A stretch of 64,000 nt of DNA from Elusimicrobiota bacterium (GCA_044221725.1 JBGAON010000004.1:1-64000), one strand, 5' to 3'; positions 1 through 7,655 are shown, counted from the first letter of the stretch. The notes: generated from the sequence alone by a model not told the origin. Program-made: numbers and translations.

Positions 1-97
1 ACACCAACCGTATAGCCCCAGCTTTGAACTCATCCGTAAAAATCCGCCGCGGACGGCGGGACATCTTCCTATCCTGTATTTCCATTGTGGACATCAT
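1..97 (-). CDS. IS3-family transposase OrfA, N-terminal fragment (runs off the window)
   Basis: Hand translation MMSTMEIQDRKMSRRPRRIFTDEFKAGAIRLV; RRxFTxEFKxxAxRLV motif; exact start (97/94/85/64) uncertain. Confidence 0.75.
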   Translation of the reverse strand, partial: MMSTMEIQDRKMSRRPRRIFTDEFKAGAIRLV

Positions 98-139
98 ATA
101 CCACTCTCCTTATGTGTCCACCAAATCGGGTCAATCCCA
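1..139 (-). mobile_element. IS3-family insertion sequence, left end (element continues beyond the window start)
   Basis: Minus strand starts TGGGATTGACCCGATTTGGTGGACAC (5'-TG terminus, IS3-like IR), followed by an SD (AAGGAG) and an ORF reading ...MSRRPRRIFTDEFKAGAIRLV, typical of an IS3 OrfA N-terminus. Confidence 0.8.
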
Positions 140-203
140 TTCCGTTTGCACCGAAGCAAAAGAGCAGGGCTCGGATGTGGAAGTCGTCCACGGCGAAACC
201 TGA
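140..203 (+). pseudogene. 3' remnant of a cassette gene interrupted by the IS3 element
   Basis: Open frame SVCTEAKEQGSDVEVVHGET-stop (TGA 201-203) ends 7 nt before the attC R'' box, as expected for a cassette ORF. Confidence 0.45.
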
Positions 204-210
204 GGTCGCA

Positions 211-303
211 GTCCAACCAGCGGCTGTACGCGACGCGTTTCGCCAGTGATCACAGCTTTCAAAATCAGGGCTTGGCCGCGCGCGTGCGCCTTATACGTTA
301 GCT
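211..303 (+). mobile_element. Integron attC site 1
   Basis: R'' GTCCAAC (211-217), left arm GGCTGTACGCGACGCG pairing with CGCGCGCGTGCGCC, R' GTTAGCT (297-303). Confidence 0.8.
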
Positions 304-819
304 GGCACGAAACCCAATTCGCTTTTTTCGAAGGGTAGGCGGATCCATTAGATCCCTGATGGCTTTAAAGATTGCGGCGAGATGTTCATCGTGGACTGTG
401 ATACGGGACTCAAGTACTTTAAGTTTTTGAGCAAGTTGCTTGTGTTCAGAAAGGATTTGGCGAAGGCACACAAAAGCGCGGGCGATTTGAATACTGGCCT
501 GAATGGCAACTGTTGTTCGTAGGACGGCCGATACCATGACTGCGCCATGTTCAGTGAATGCATATGGGAGATATTTCCTGTGTTTGCCTCGCGGGGTTGG
601 TTTTAAGGTTGCAGATTGCAACCTTAGAGAATCGACTTCGATGGCGGTTAATTGGAACATGAAATCGTCCGGAAAGCGTTCTTTGTTTCTTTGAACTTGC
701 TGGTTGAGCCGTTTGGTTGTGACACCATATACTTCGGCAAGGGCATGATCGATCATCACTTTATGGCCACGAATAAAATGAATTCGGCTAGACAGATTAC
801 GGTTAGCGACAGGCAGCAT
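298..819 (-). CDS. ORF6N (KilA-N-like) domain DNA-binding protein, reverse-oriented gene cassette
   Basis: IRGHKVMIDHALAEVYGV...NQQVQRNKERFPDDFMFQL...PYAFTEHG motifs, C-terminal KKRIGF; SD AAGGAGG; cassette ends GTTAGCTGGC / GCCAGCTAAC are exact reverse complements. Confidence 0.9.
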   Translation of the reverse strand: MLPVANRNLSSRIHFIRGHKVMIDHALAEVYGVTTKRLNQQVQRNKERFPDDFMFQLTAIEVDSLRLQSATLKPTPRGKHRKYLPYAFTEHGAVMVSAVLRTTVAIQASIQIARAFVCLRQILSEHKQLAQKLKVLESRITVHDEHLAAIFKAIRDLMDPPTLRKKRIGFRAS

Positions 820-887
820 AATATCCTCCTTGGAATTAATAACAGGAGGGGTGAGAGCCAGGATTGTAGCAGTTGCTCCACCGGGCC

Positions 888-935
888 AGCTAACCAGCGG
901 GCTGCACCCGACGCGCGCTGCCGCTCGCGCGGGTG
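888..935 (+). mobile_element. Integron attC site 2, truncated in its right arm
   Basis: R'' AGCTAAC (888-894), GCTGCACCCGACGCGCG...CGCGCGGGTG stem, then breaks off where AGC-N-GTT would be expected. Confidence 0.75.
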
Positions 936-976
936 GACTTGCCCCAATTAAACGGACACCTCAAGTAGAATAATAT
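934..976 (+). mobile_element. Isolated IS3-family terminal inverted repeat remnant
   Basis: TGGACTTGCCCCAATTAAACGGACAC resembles the IS end at 139-114 (TGGGATTGACCCGATTTGGTGGACAC); no transposase follows. Confidence 0.6.
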
Positions 977-1021
977 GTTAGGTGTGCTAGTCCTACTTGC
1001 GATCTTTGGTAAACTTCTTTC

Positions 1022-1243
1022 ATGACAAAACGAGCTCTCTCGGAAATTCTCAAAATGAGCGTGCCCAATCGTGTGAAGTTGGCACAAATGGTTTGGGACA
1101 GCATTGCTGCAATTCCTTCACCCATCAGCATCACCGAATCCGAACAGAAAGAATTGGATCGCCGACTCGAATCTTATCTTCACAATCCCCACTCTGTCCT
1201 CCCTTGGAAAAAGGTTAAAGCAAAAATTCTCCGCAGAGCGTGA
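1022..1243 (+). CDS. Putative addiction-module antitoxin (small partner of RelE/ParE toxins)
   Basis: 73 aa, RVKLAQMVWDSI...QKELDRRLE...PWKKVK pattern; overlaps the toxin start (GTGA). Confidence 0.8.
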   Translation: MTKRALSEILKMSVPNRVKLAQMVWDSIAAIPSPISITESEQKELDRRLESYLHNPHSVLPWKKVKAKILRRA

Positions 1244-1556
1244 AGCTTCATTTACTGGTCCAATCCGAGGCTGAATCTGATTTAAAGGAAGCATATTCGT
1301 GGTATCAGATCAGCTTCGAGGTCTCGGGAAGAAATTTATTTCCTCAGCCGATCACACGTTTCGATCTATTCAGTCACATCCCTTACGTTATCCTCTGGTT
1401 CACAGAAATATCCGCCGCGCACTTCTTCAACATTTCCCCTATGGCGTTTTCTTTATTCGCGAAGAAAACTCAATCATTGTTTTGGCTGTGCTTCATCAGG
1501 CCCGCGATCCTAATCGGTGGAGGAAAAGAATACGCACACGCTTGTGGCACACCTAA
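1240..1556 (+). pseudogene. RelE/ParE-family toxin, frameshifted
   Basis: N-terminus AESDLKEAYSWY in one frame; DQLRGLGKKF...IRRALLQHFPYGVFF...VLAVLHQARDP in another; one base missing near 1307. Confidence 0.8.
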
Positions 1557-1638
1557 CCTCATTGCAGCGGACGCGTGTCTGCGCGACCTGTGATTTTCAT
1601 CGGGTCGCCGTCGCGCGGCTGAACTTTATACGTTAGGC
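1551..1638 (+). mobile_element. Integron attC site 3
   Basis: R'' ACCTAAC, ATTGCAGCGGACGCG...CGCGCGGCTGAAC, R' GTTAGGC; GCACACCTAAC is the reverse complement of the cassette start GTTAGGTGTGC (977). Confidence 0.85.
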
Positions 1639-1652
1639 GCTTAAAGGTAAAA

Positions 1653-2438
1653 ATGAAATTGCTGCTAAAAATAGCGCTCGCCATGGCACCAATACTTGTG
1701 CGCCCATCTGTTATGGCAGCGCAACAATCCGTTGAATTCGGTTTCCTTGGTGCAATTTGTGAAGATGGTATTAAGGTTAGCACTGACGGTTTAAAGGCAT
1801 TTTGTAACTCCTGCCCATCCTATACACCGTTGGGTGGTGTCAAAGAGGACTTCCGATTTGATTTTGGTATCCCGGGACCATTCGGTGCTTATCCTAATGA
1901 ATCAATGTTTGTGCACATGGTGGGTTGCGGTGAAATGCGTGATTCCTGGGAATGGAATTATCTCCTCAATAAAACGGAAAAAGGCTGGGTACAAGTTGCA
2001 CGGGAGTCAGTAGACCTGAGGGATTGCGAACAAATCGCCGTTTCAAAAACGGCTCACAAAATTCTTTGCGAGCAAGGCTCAATTCATACGGGTGAATACG
2101 ATGGCCGAATATTTGCGCTTTTTCCTGAGTCAGGATCTTTCGGATCCGACGAAACGTTGCTGCACACCATAGATAGTTCACCCACATGTGGTTACGATGG
2201 CAAAACTACGATTCTTGAAGTGAATAAGCGGATCATTAAACGGCAGGCTGACGGACATGATGATGTGAGTCTTGTCGTATCGTACGGCGCAGGTAAACAT
2301 AACAATACAGATTGTCGTCCCCAAACAATGAAAACAGAAACGTTAAATTTTTTAGGTGGCTATACTGGCTTGAAGCCAGACAGTCAAACAGCAAAAAAGA
2401 TTCGACATATTTATCAGGTGACGGGAATCGGTGATTAA
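1653..2438 (+). CDS. Hypothetical secreted cysteine-containing protein (gene cassette)
   Basis: Starts 15 nt after attC3 R'; signal-peptide-like N-terminus ending VMA-AQ; several Cys; no family recognised. Confidence 0.75.
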   Translation: MKLLLKIALAMAPILVRPSVMAAQQSVEFGFLGAICEDGIKVSTDGLKAFCNSCPSYTPLGGVKEDFRFDFGIPGPFGAYPNESMFVHMVGCGEMRDSWEWNYLLNKTEKGWVQVARESVDLRDCEQIAVSKTAHKILCEQGSIHTGEYDGRIFALFPESGSFGSDETLLHTIDSSPTCGYDGKTTILEVNKRIIKRQADGHDDVSLVVSYGAGKHNNTDCRPQTMKTETLNFLGGYTGLKPDSQTAKKIRHIYQVTGIGD

Positions 2439-2471
2439 ATGTGGCCGTAGCGTTGTAGTCTTACTGAGGTT

Positions 2472-2491
2472 TACACTGTAATTATAATGTA
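2472..2491 (+). promoter_or_regulatory. TA promoter -10 (TATAAT) inside an imperfect palindromic operator
   Basis: TACACTGTAATTATAATGTA is self-complementary at 16/20 positions and contains TATAAT at 2483-2488, upstream of brnT. Confidence 0.6.
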
Positions 2492-2505
2492 GTTGACTCC
2501 ATTCC

Positions 2506-2796
2506 ATGAAGTCGTTAAGCTTCTCCTGGGATGAAAGAAAGGCTAAGGAAAACCAAAAGAAACACGGTGTCTCATTCAATGAGGCCAAAACCGTTTTCCA
2601 CGACGACAATGCCCGCCTCACCCACGATCCGGACCATTCTGAGCAAGAAGAGCGTTTCATTCTATTGGGGTTTAGTGCCGCGCTAAGAATGCTGATTGTG
2701 TGCCACTGCTATCGGGAACGAAAAGGTGTCATCCGAATCATCTCGGCGAGAAAAGCGACCAAGCACGAATCAGAAAATTATCGGGAGAACTTATGA
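2506..2796 (+). CDS. brnT: BrnT-family ribonuclease toxin
   Basis: FSWDERKAKENQKKHGVSFNEA...HSEQEERF...IRIISARKAT signature. Confidence 0.92.
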   Translation: MKSLSFSWDERKAKENQKKHGVSFNEAKTVFHDDNARLTHDPDHSEQEERFILLGFSAALRMLIVCHCYRERKGVIRIISARKATKHESENYRENL

Positions 2797-3005
2797 GAAA
2801 AGAATATGACTTTTCAAAATCCATAAAAAATCCTTACGCCCGTACCCTCAAGCGGCAGATCACCATTCGAATTGAGGAGGAAACAGTTGGTTATTTCAAA
2901 CAACTGGCGCAGGATTCCGGCATTCCTTATCAGAGCCTGATCAATCTTTATTTAAAAGATTGCGTTCAAGCTCATCGCAAACCATCATTTAAGTGGGCCG
3001 CTTAA
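2793..3005 (+). CDS. brnA: BrnA/CopG-like antitoxin
   Basis: MRKEYDFSKS.KNPY...QITIRI...YFK...GIPYQSLINLYL; ATGA overlap with the toxin. Confidence 0.85.
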   Translation: MRKEYDFSKSIKNPYARTLKRQITIRIEEETVGYFKQLAQDSGIPYQSLINLYLKDCVQAHRKPSFKWAA

Positions 3006-3012
3006 GGGCGGC

Positions 3013-3105
3013 GTATAACAAATCGTTGCGGCGGGCGCGTGCCTCAGCCGTCCGTATTTTTCAACAGCAGGGGTCGGTCGCGCCGCCGAACTCAATGCGT
3101 TGAGC
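3013..3105 (+). mobile_element. Integron attC site 4 (last recognisable)
   Basis: R'' GTATAAC; GTT[G]CGGCGG[G]CGCG pairs exactly with CGCGCCGCCGAAC leaving two extrahelical bases; R' GTTGAGC. Confidence 0.88.
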
Positions 3106-3201
3106 CAGTTAAAAAGCTAATGCAATTGGGAGATCATCTATGAAATCGAAAGCGTTGGTTTTGGTTGGGTGCATAGGTTTCTTTTCGGTAAAATTTTACA
3201 A

Positions 3202-4005
3202 ATGAACAGTCCTCAGGCGACCACCGCAAAAATCCAATTTGATGACGGCGCCGCCTACGAAAATTACATGGGAAAATGGAGCCAACTTGTGGGGCAGGCG
3301 TTCCTTAAATGGCTTGCTCCAAGTAAAAATCGTGATTGGCTCGACGTTGGTTGCGGTAACGGCGCGTTCACGAAAATTATTATTGAAAACTGCGCACCGA
3401 AGTCTATCCACGGAATCGACCCTTCCGACGCTCAATTGGCGTTTGCCACGTCGCGCTCGGACACAGCGATTGCAAAATTCCAAAGAGGCAACGCAATGGC
3501 GTTGCCATTCTCGGAAAAATTATTCGACATTGCCATTATGCCGCTCGTGATCTTCTTTTTGCCAGAACCAAAAAAGGGCGTGGCGGAAATGACCCGCGTC
3601 GTACGCGCCGGAGGAAACGTCGCGGCGTACGGGTGGGACATAAACGGGGGAGGGTTTCCGTATCAACCGCTGCAAGACGAAATGCGCGCGATGAATATTC
3701 CCTACGGTCAAACACCCCACCCCGAAGCCGCGCAGCTAGAAAATATGCGCACGAACTGGAGCGCAAACGGCCTCACGAATATTCGCACGACCGAAATCCG
3801 CGTTGAGCGCACATTCGCTAGCTTTAATGAATTTTGGGCCACCGTGCTCAAAGGGCCGAGCGTCGGGCCCGCACTCTCCGCGCTCGCGCCCGACCAAACG
3901 GCCCAACTGCAAGAAAAAATTAAGAAGCGCCTGTCATTCGACGCGAAGGGCCGCCTAACGATGGGCGGCCGCGCGAACGCGATCGTCGGAAGCGTCCCAA
4001 AATAA
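3202..4005 (+). CDS. Class I SAM-dependent methyltransferase
   Basis: AYENYMGKWS, WLDVGCGNGA, GIDPS, GNAMALPF motifs. Confidence 0.9.
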   Translation: MNSPQATTAKIQFDDGAAYENYMGKWSQLVGQAFLKWLAPSKNRDWLDVGCGNGAFTKIIIENCAPKSIHGIDPSDAQLAFATSRSDTAIAKFQRGNAMALPFSEKLFDIAIMPLVIFFLPEPKKGVAEMTRVVRAGGNVAAYGWDINGGGFPYQPLQDEMRAMNIPYGQTPHPEAAQLENMRTNWSANGLTNIRTTEIRVERTFASFNEFWATVLKGPSVGPALSALAPDQTAQLQEKIKKRLSFDAKGRLTMGGRANAIVGSVPK

Positions 4006-4272
4006 TTGGCCGATCAGAACTCCTGTGCACGTTGCCATCGGCCACTAACTTTCAACGAAGGTCGGCCGGTTGCTTGGTTTTTTAAAGTTCTCGCATCATT
4101 CTCGATGGCCGCGGTGCATGGGGGTGCGTGGACCTGGAATGTTCTCTCCGAAAACTATTGCCGAGCGTGCCGAAGGCGCCTGTCTCTGCTCGCCACGCTG
4201 GCTGCATCGATTTTGTTATCGATTGTTATCTACGGCTTCTGGAGAATTCTTCGATCTGGTTTTTGGTCATAG
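4006..4272 (+). CDS. Small hypothetical membrane protein with two CxxC motifs
   Basis: CARC...CRAC followed by a C-terminal hydrophobic helix; TTG start directly after the upstream stop. Confidence 0.5.
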   Translation: MADQNSCARCHRPLTFNEGRPVAWFFKVLASFSMAAVHGGAWTWNVLSENYCRACRRRLSLLATLAASILLSIVIYGFWRILRSGFWS

Positions 4273-4483
4273 CGATCGCTACATTTATTGGTATCTGGCT
4301 TTTGAAGGAGGTCCCGATGAGACGCAAACTGTCCGTAACATTCGCACGGATCACGTTCGTATCGTTTGCTCACGCGTTCTCGCTGGTAAAAGGGGCGAGC
4401 GCTCAAGACGATGCAAAAGCAAAACTTTTCACGCCGGATCCGAACAACGCGCTCGTCTATCGTACAAATGTAAAGTTGCGATC

Positions 4484-4783
4484 ATGAAAATCCGTTTGTT
4501 TTTTCTCACCTCGTTGCCGCTCGCGCTAATCCTTTTTCATGTGATACTGCTGCTGGACTTGGGATTTTTTCTAGCGCTCGCTCATGTCGTTGCTCAAATC
4601 CCGGCCATCGCAAATTCCGGGTTGCTCAAATCCACGCTATTCGCGACCGCGTTGTTGGGGAGCGCGGTGTTGTCCATTGGACATCTGAGCTTGTTTTTTT
4701 GGTCGGACACATCGTTCGGAAAATTCTCGAAAGGCGTTTGGGCGGAATATCATCCGCATTTCACGCACAACTTTCCCGCTTGA
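4484..4783 (+). CDS. Hypothetical small membrane protein
   Basis: Two to three hydrophobic segments; stop overlaps the next gene start. Confidence 0.4.
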   Translation: MKIRLFFLTSLPLALILFHVILLLDLGFFLALAHVVAQIPAIANSGLLKSTLFATALLGSAVLSIGHLSLFFWSDTSFGKFSKGVWAEYHPHFTHNFPA

Positions 4784-5658
4784 ATCGCCCATTTTCTTTG
4801 GCCTTCGCGTTCACCGTTTCGCTCGTCGGATGCGCCACGTTTGAAGGACCGCGGCCGGACGGCGCACCGACCGGCATGAACCGCACACACGAGACGAAAG
4901 ACAGCTCGGGCCGTGTCACTCAAACGTCGGAGCCGATCAAAACACCCAGCGCGTCCAAAGAAAAGGATTACCACCACCATCACGGAATGGGCGCGGACAC
5001 GCTGGCCGCCAGTGACCCGTCCACACCGACGCCCACGCCAACGCCGGTGGAATCGGTCTCGACAACGTCCTCGTCGGACGTTCCGGGATTGCACATGGTC
5101 GGCATCGAAGCGAGCGCCGTCAGCACACAGCTCTGGCACGCGTTCACAACCGAGTTTCAATCTTCGAGCTTCAATAATTTGAATTGGAATCCCGAGCCGG
5201 ACATATCCGGAACGGGCGCGGAAGCACAAGTGCTGCTCGGCGTCGAAGACCGCTTGGCGCTCATGTTGGGGGGCGGTGGTTTCCGCAGTGACCGGCAAAC
5301 GAACGCGCACGAAGAGGGAAATTTTTACGTGCACGAGAACACACGAACAAACATGTTCTGGTTGGACGCGGGCGCGCGCATCAAGCCCGTCGACTGGTTT
5401 TATTTTCAGGCGCTCGCGGGTTTGTTTGTTTTCGACTTAAAAACGAGCGTGAACACGAATGCGCCCACCTACACGTACGACGGTCTTTCAGGAACGCGGG
5501 TATTTCCAGCGCTCGGCGTGGGCGGTGGGCTCGAAACGCCGTGGCGTTATCCGCTGCGAATTTTTGGTGGGGCTCGTTTTTGGGTGCCCATTGGCCGCGG
5601 ATCCTTCTATGAATCGGCGGCCGGACAGCTAAACGCCGGGCTCCTATATCGCTTCTAA
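4780..5658 (+). CDS. Putative lipoprotein with a C-terminal outer-membrane beta-barrel
   Basis: Lipobox LVGC, His5 and (PT)n linker, alternating beta-strand pattern, ends LNAGLLYRF; start uncertain (TTG 4780). Confidence 0.65.
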   Translation: MNRPFSLAFAFTVSLVGCATFEGPRPDGAPTGMNRTHETKDSSGRVTQTSEPIKTPSASKEKDYHHHHGMGADTLAASDPSTPTPTPTPVESVSTTSSSDVPGLHMVGIEASAVSTQLWHAFTTEFQSSSFNNLNWNPEPDISGTGAEAQVLLGVEDRLALMLGGGGFRSDRQTNAHEEGNFYVHENTRTNMFWLDAGARIKPVDWFYFQALAGLFVFDLKTSVNTNAPTYTYDGLSGTRVFPALGVGGGLETPWRYPLRIFGGARFWVPIGRGSFYESAAGQLNAGLLYRF

Positions 5659-5678
5659 TTCTCCACGAATTTTTGATT

Positions 5679-5695
5679 CTGGCCGGTCCGTTGCA
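5679..5695 (+). promoter_or_regulatory. Candidate sigma-54 (-24/-12) promoter
   Basis: CTGGCCGGTCCGTTGCA = GG-N10-GC with TGGC and TTGCA flanks. Confidence 0.4.
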
Positions 5696-5717
5696 AACAC
5701 TCTGCTAGAGGCAACTT

Positions 5718-5831
5718 ATGCGAACTGTTCAGAATGCTGGTGAAACAGCGCTAAAAACAAGGTCGTTCTTGCTGGCCGCGTCCATAGCGGCTTGTTTGGT
5801 GACGATTCTTACCCTGCTTTCTGTGGTTTAA
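5718..5831 (+). CDS. Putative 37-aa single-TM small protein (absent from the ORF track)
   Basis: GAGG SD, MRTVQNAGETALKTRSFLLAASIAACLVTILTLLSVV. Confidence 0.4.
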   Translation: MRTVQNAGETALKTRSFLLAASIAACLVTILTLLSVV

Positions 5832-5834
5832 GCG

Positions 5835-5977
5835 TCAGTTTTTCGCGCTCTTATAAACGTCAGAGAAGAACTTCGCGAATTCCTCGATCGATGTTTTTGT
5901 ATTTGTCTGGGGCCCCGCGCCTGCGTCGGCTTGAAAATTCCTCCAATATTTCCCGTGGCGCCGGTCACAACGATCAT
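5835..5977 (-). pseudogene. NmrA-like NAD(P)-binding protein remnant, internally deleted and frameshifted
   Basis: MIVVTGATGNIG Rossmann start joined directly to a C-terminal-like GIFKPTQARGP / QTNTKTSIEEFAKFFSDVYKS. Confidence 0.6.
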
Positions 5978-5997
5978 AGGTTCTTCTTAGAAAATGT

Positions 5998-6336
5998 TTA
6001 CGCTTTCTTTCCGACAATGCGGCAGAAGCGCGTGTCAGACTTTTTCGCACGACCTTTGCCAATTTTTTGCCGAGCGACCAGCGTAACTTCTCCGGCTTTT
6101 GAAGGTTCCCAATCAAACCAGTAATAGCCCACCGCGTGCCGACAGCCCAACCAGTCTCCCTCATTGATGGAAATTTCGACTTGTGCTTGCGGATGGGCCG
6201 AAATGCGAACAGCGTAGTGTCCCGGTATAACCAGTTCCTCTTCGCGTGGATAATCGATAGCAATGGTGGCAGACGCATCTTCCGATTCTTTTGGTTTGAG
6301 TACTTTGGTGATGGCCAATCCGGATTTTGCGGGCAT
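5998..6336 (-). CDS. Hypothetical small beta-rich (Ig-like) protein
   Basis: Strong SD AAAGGAGG before ATG 6336; IDYP...VEISINEGDW...YWFDW pattern. Confidence 0.7.
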   Translation of the reverse strand: MPAKSGLAITKVLKPKESEDASATIAIDYPREEELVIPGHYAVRISAHPQAQVEISINEGDWLGCRHAVGYYWFDWEPSKAGEVTLVARQKIGKGRAKKSDTRFCRIVGKKA

Positions 6337-6403
6337 GGTGATCCTCCTTTCGGGCATTTATAATGCGGTTCTGATTCTAGCGCTATTGGGGAAGAAGGAT
6401 GAA

Positions 6404-7579
6404 CTAACTTTTCGCGTTTTTCGAGCGAAGCACGAGTTTTACTTTCGTGGGCGCCACCGCTTCGAGCGCCAATTTCTCGGGATAGGTGAGGTTTGATTTT
6501 TGAATCGACTTAATCGAGAAACCTTCTTCCTGATTGATCATGTTTAAAATCAAACGCACGCGCTTGGACGTAATGAAATAAAAATATCGGCGCGGACCGG
6601 ACAACGTGACTTCCACGTCCGAAGGAATAATTTCCGAAACGGTCAGATTGGTCGGCAAATTTGTGTATTCGACCGGCACGCGATAGGCGCGGTAGGTGAG
6701 ACGTCCTTCGTGCACGTAAAAGAACCACAAACCGAGCGTGACCGCAACCGCAATCACTTTTTCCTTCCAGTTGCGGCTGAGAAGTTCCCAGCCCGTTTGG
6801 GTGTGACCGGCAGGCTGAATGTCGTCGTAGAAGCGTTCCAACAAGAGATTCAATTTCTCGGTGTCCACCACTTCAATCTCGCCATCTTTCGCGACGGAAA
6901 TCGTACCGCGCTCTTCGGAAACAACAATGCAAAACGCATCGGTCACTTCCGAAAGCCCCAGCGCCGCTGCGTGGCGCGTCCCTCCCGCGGGAATCTTCAT
7001 GAGATCTTTGGACAATGGAAGATGGCACCCAAACTGCAGAATTCGATTGCCATCGATGATGAGCGCCCCGTCGTGTCCCATGGAATGCGGATCAAACAAA
7101 CTTTTTATTACAGGCTCGCTCAGTTCGCCGTTCAAGTCCCAACCGCCATTGATGTGTCGAACAATCGCATCTTGGCCCCGCAAAATAATGAGCGCGCCGA
7201 TTTTCTCGTCGGCCAAATCCTTAACGGCGCGCACGAGGATTTCCACCTCGCTCCGGGAAAGATGCAGCACTTGCTGACGCGTGAGCCCACGATTCAAGCT
7301 CCACAGCGCAATGCGCTCGAACAGATGTTTGATTTCCTCTTGGAAGATAACGATGATGGCGATGAGAATCACCGTGAAAAACCCTTGGAAAACGGCGGCC
7401 GTAAGCTGCAGATTAAATTCGCGCGCCGCGTTATAGAAAACGCCGATGATGAACAGGCCGATTAAAACGAAAACCGCTTTTGACCTCTTGAACCAAACAA
7501 TCAACGTGTAAATAAGAATCGACATAAGTGCAATGTCGATAAAGCCCGAGATGCCGATGTTTTTCAAGACCAAGGCCAT
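6404..7579 (-). CDS. dacA: Diadenylate cyclase (CdaA/DacA-type) with a C-terminal YbbR-like domain
   Basis: Three N-terminal TM helices, IFQEEI, HDGA, GTRHAAALG, VVSEERGTIS; then a TM helix and VPVEYTNLP...VEVTLSGP. Confidence 0.85.
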   Translation of the reverse strand: MALVLKNIGISGFIDIALMSILIYTLIVWFKRSKAVFVLIGLFIIGVFYNAAREFNLQLTAAVFQGFFTVILIAIIVIFQEEIKHLFERIALWSLNRGLTRQQVLHLSRSEVEILVRAVKDLADEKIGALIILRGQDAIVRHINGGWDLNGELSEPVIKSLFDPHSMGHDGALIIDGNRILQFGCHLPLSKDLMKIPAGGTRHAAALGLSEVTDAFCIVVSEERGTISVAKDGEIEVVDTEKLNLLLERFYDDIQPAGHTQTGWELLSRNWKEKVIAVAVTLGLWFFYVHEGRLTYRAYRVPVEYTNLPTNLTVSEIIPSDVEVTLSGPRRYFYFITSKRVRLILNMINQEEGFSIKSIQKSNLTYPEKLALEAVAPTKVKLVLRSKNAKS

Positions 7580-7655
7580 GCTTCTTTCTAATACGTACGG
7601 GGCACCAAATCAAGTATTTTTCCTGCAACCGCCCGACTGATATATTATGCGCCGA

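Noticed and set aside
211..3105. Spaced palindromic repeats considered as a CRISPR array
   Set aside because: Units are non-identical, separated by gene-sized spacers and fit attC structure; no cas genes.
3140..3205. 21-aa ORF with SD after the last attC (MKSKALVLVGCIGFF...)
   Set aside because: Probably the stub of a truncated final cassette; too short to support as a gene.
4128..4487. ORF(s) between the CxxC protein and 4484
   Set aside because: Overlapping frames and no recognisable motif; cannot choose a real one.
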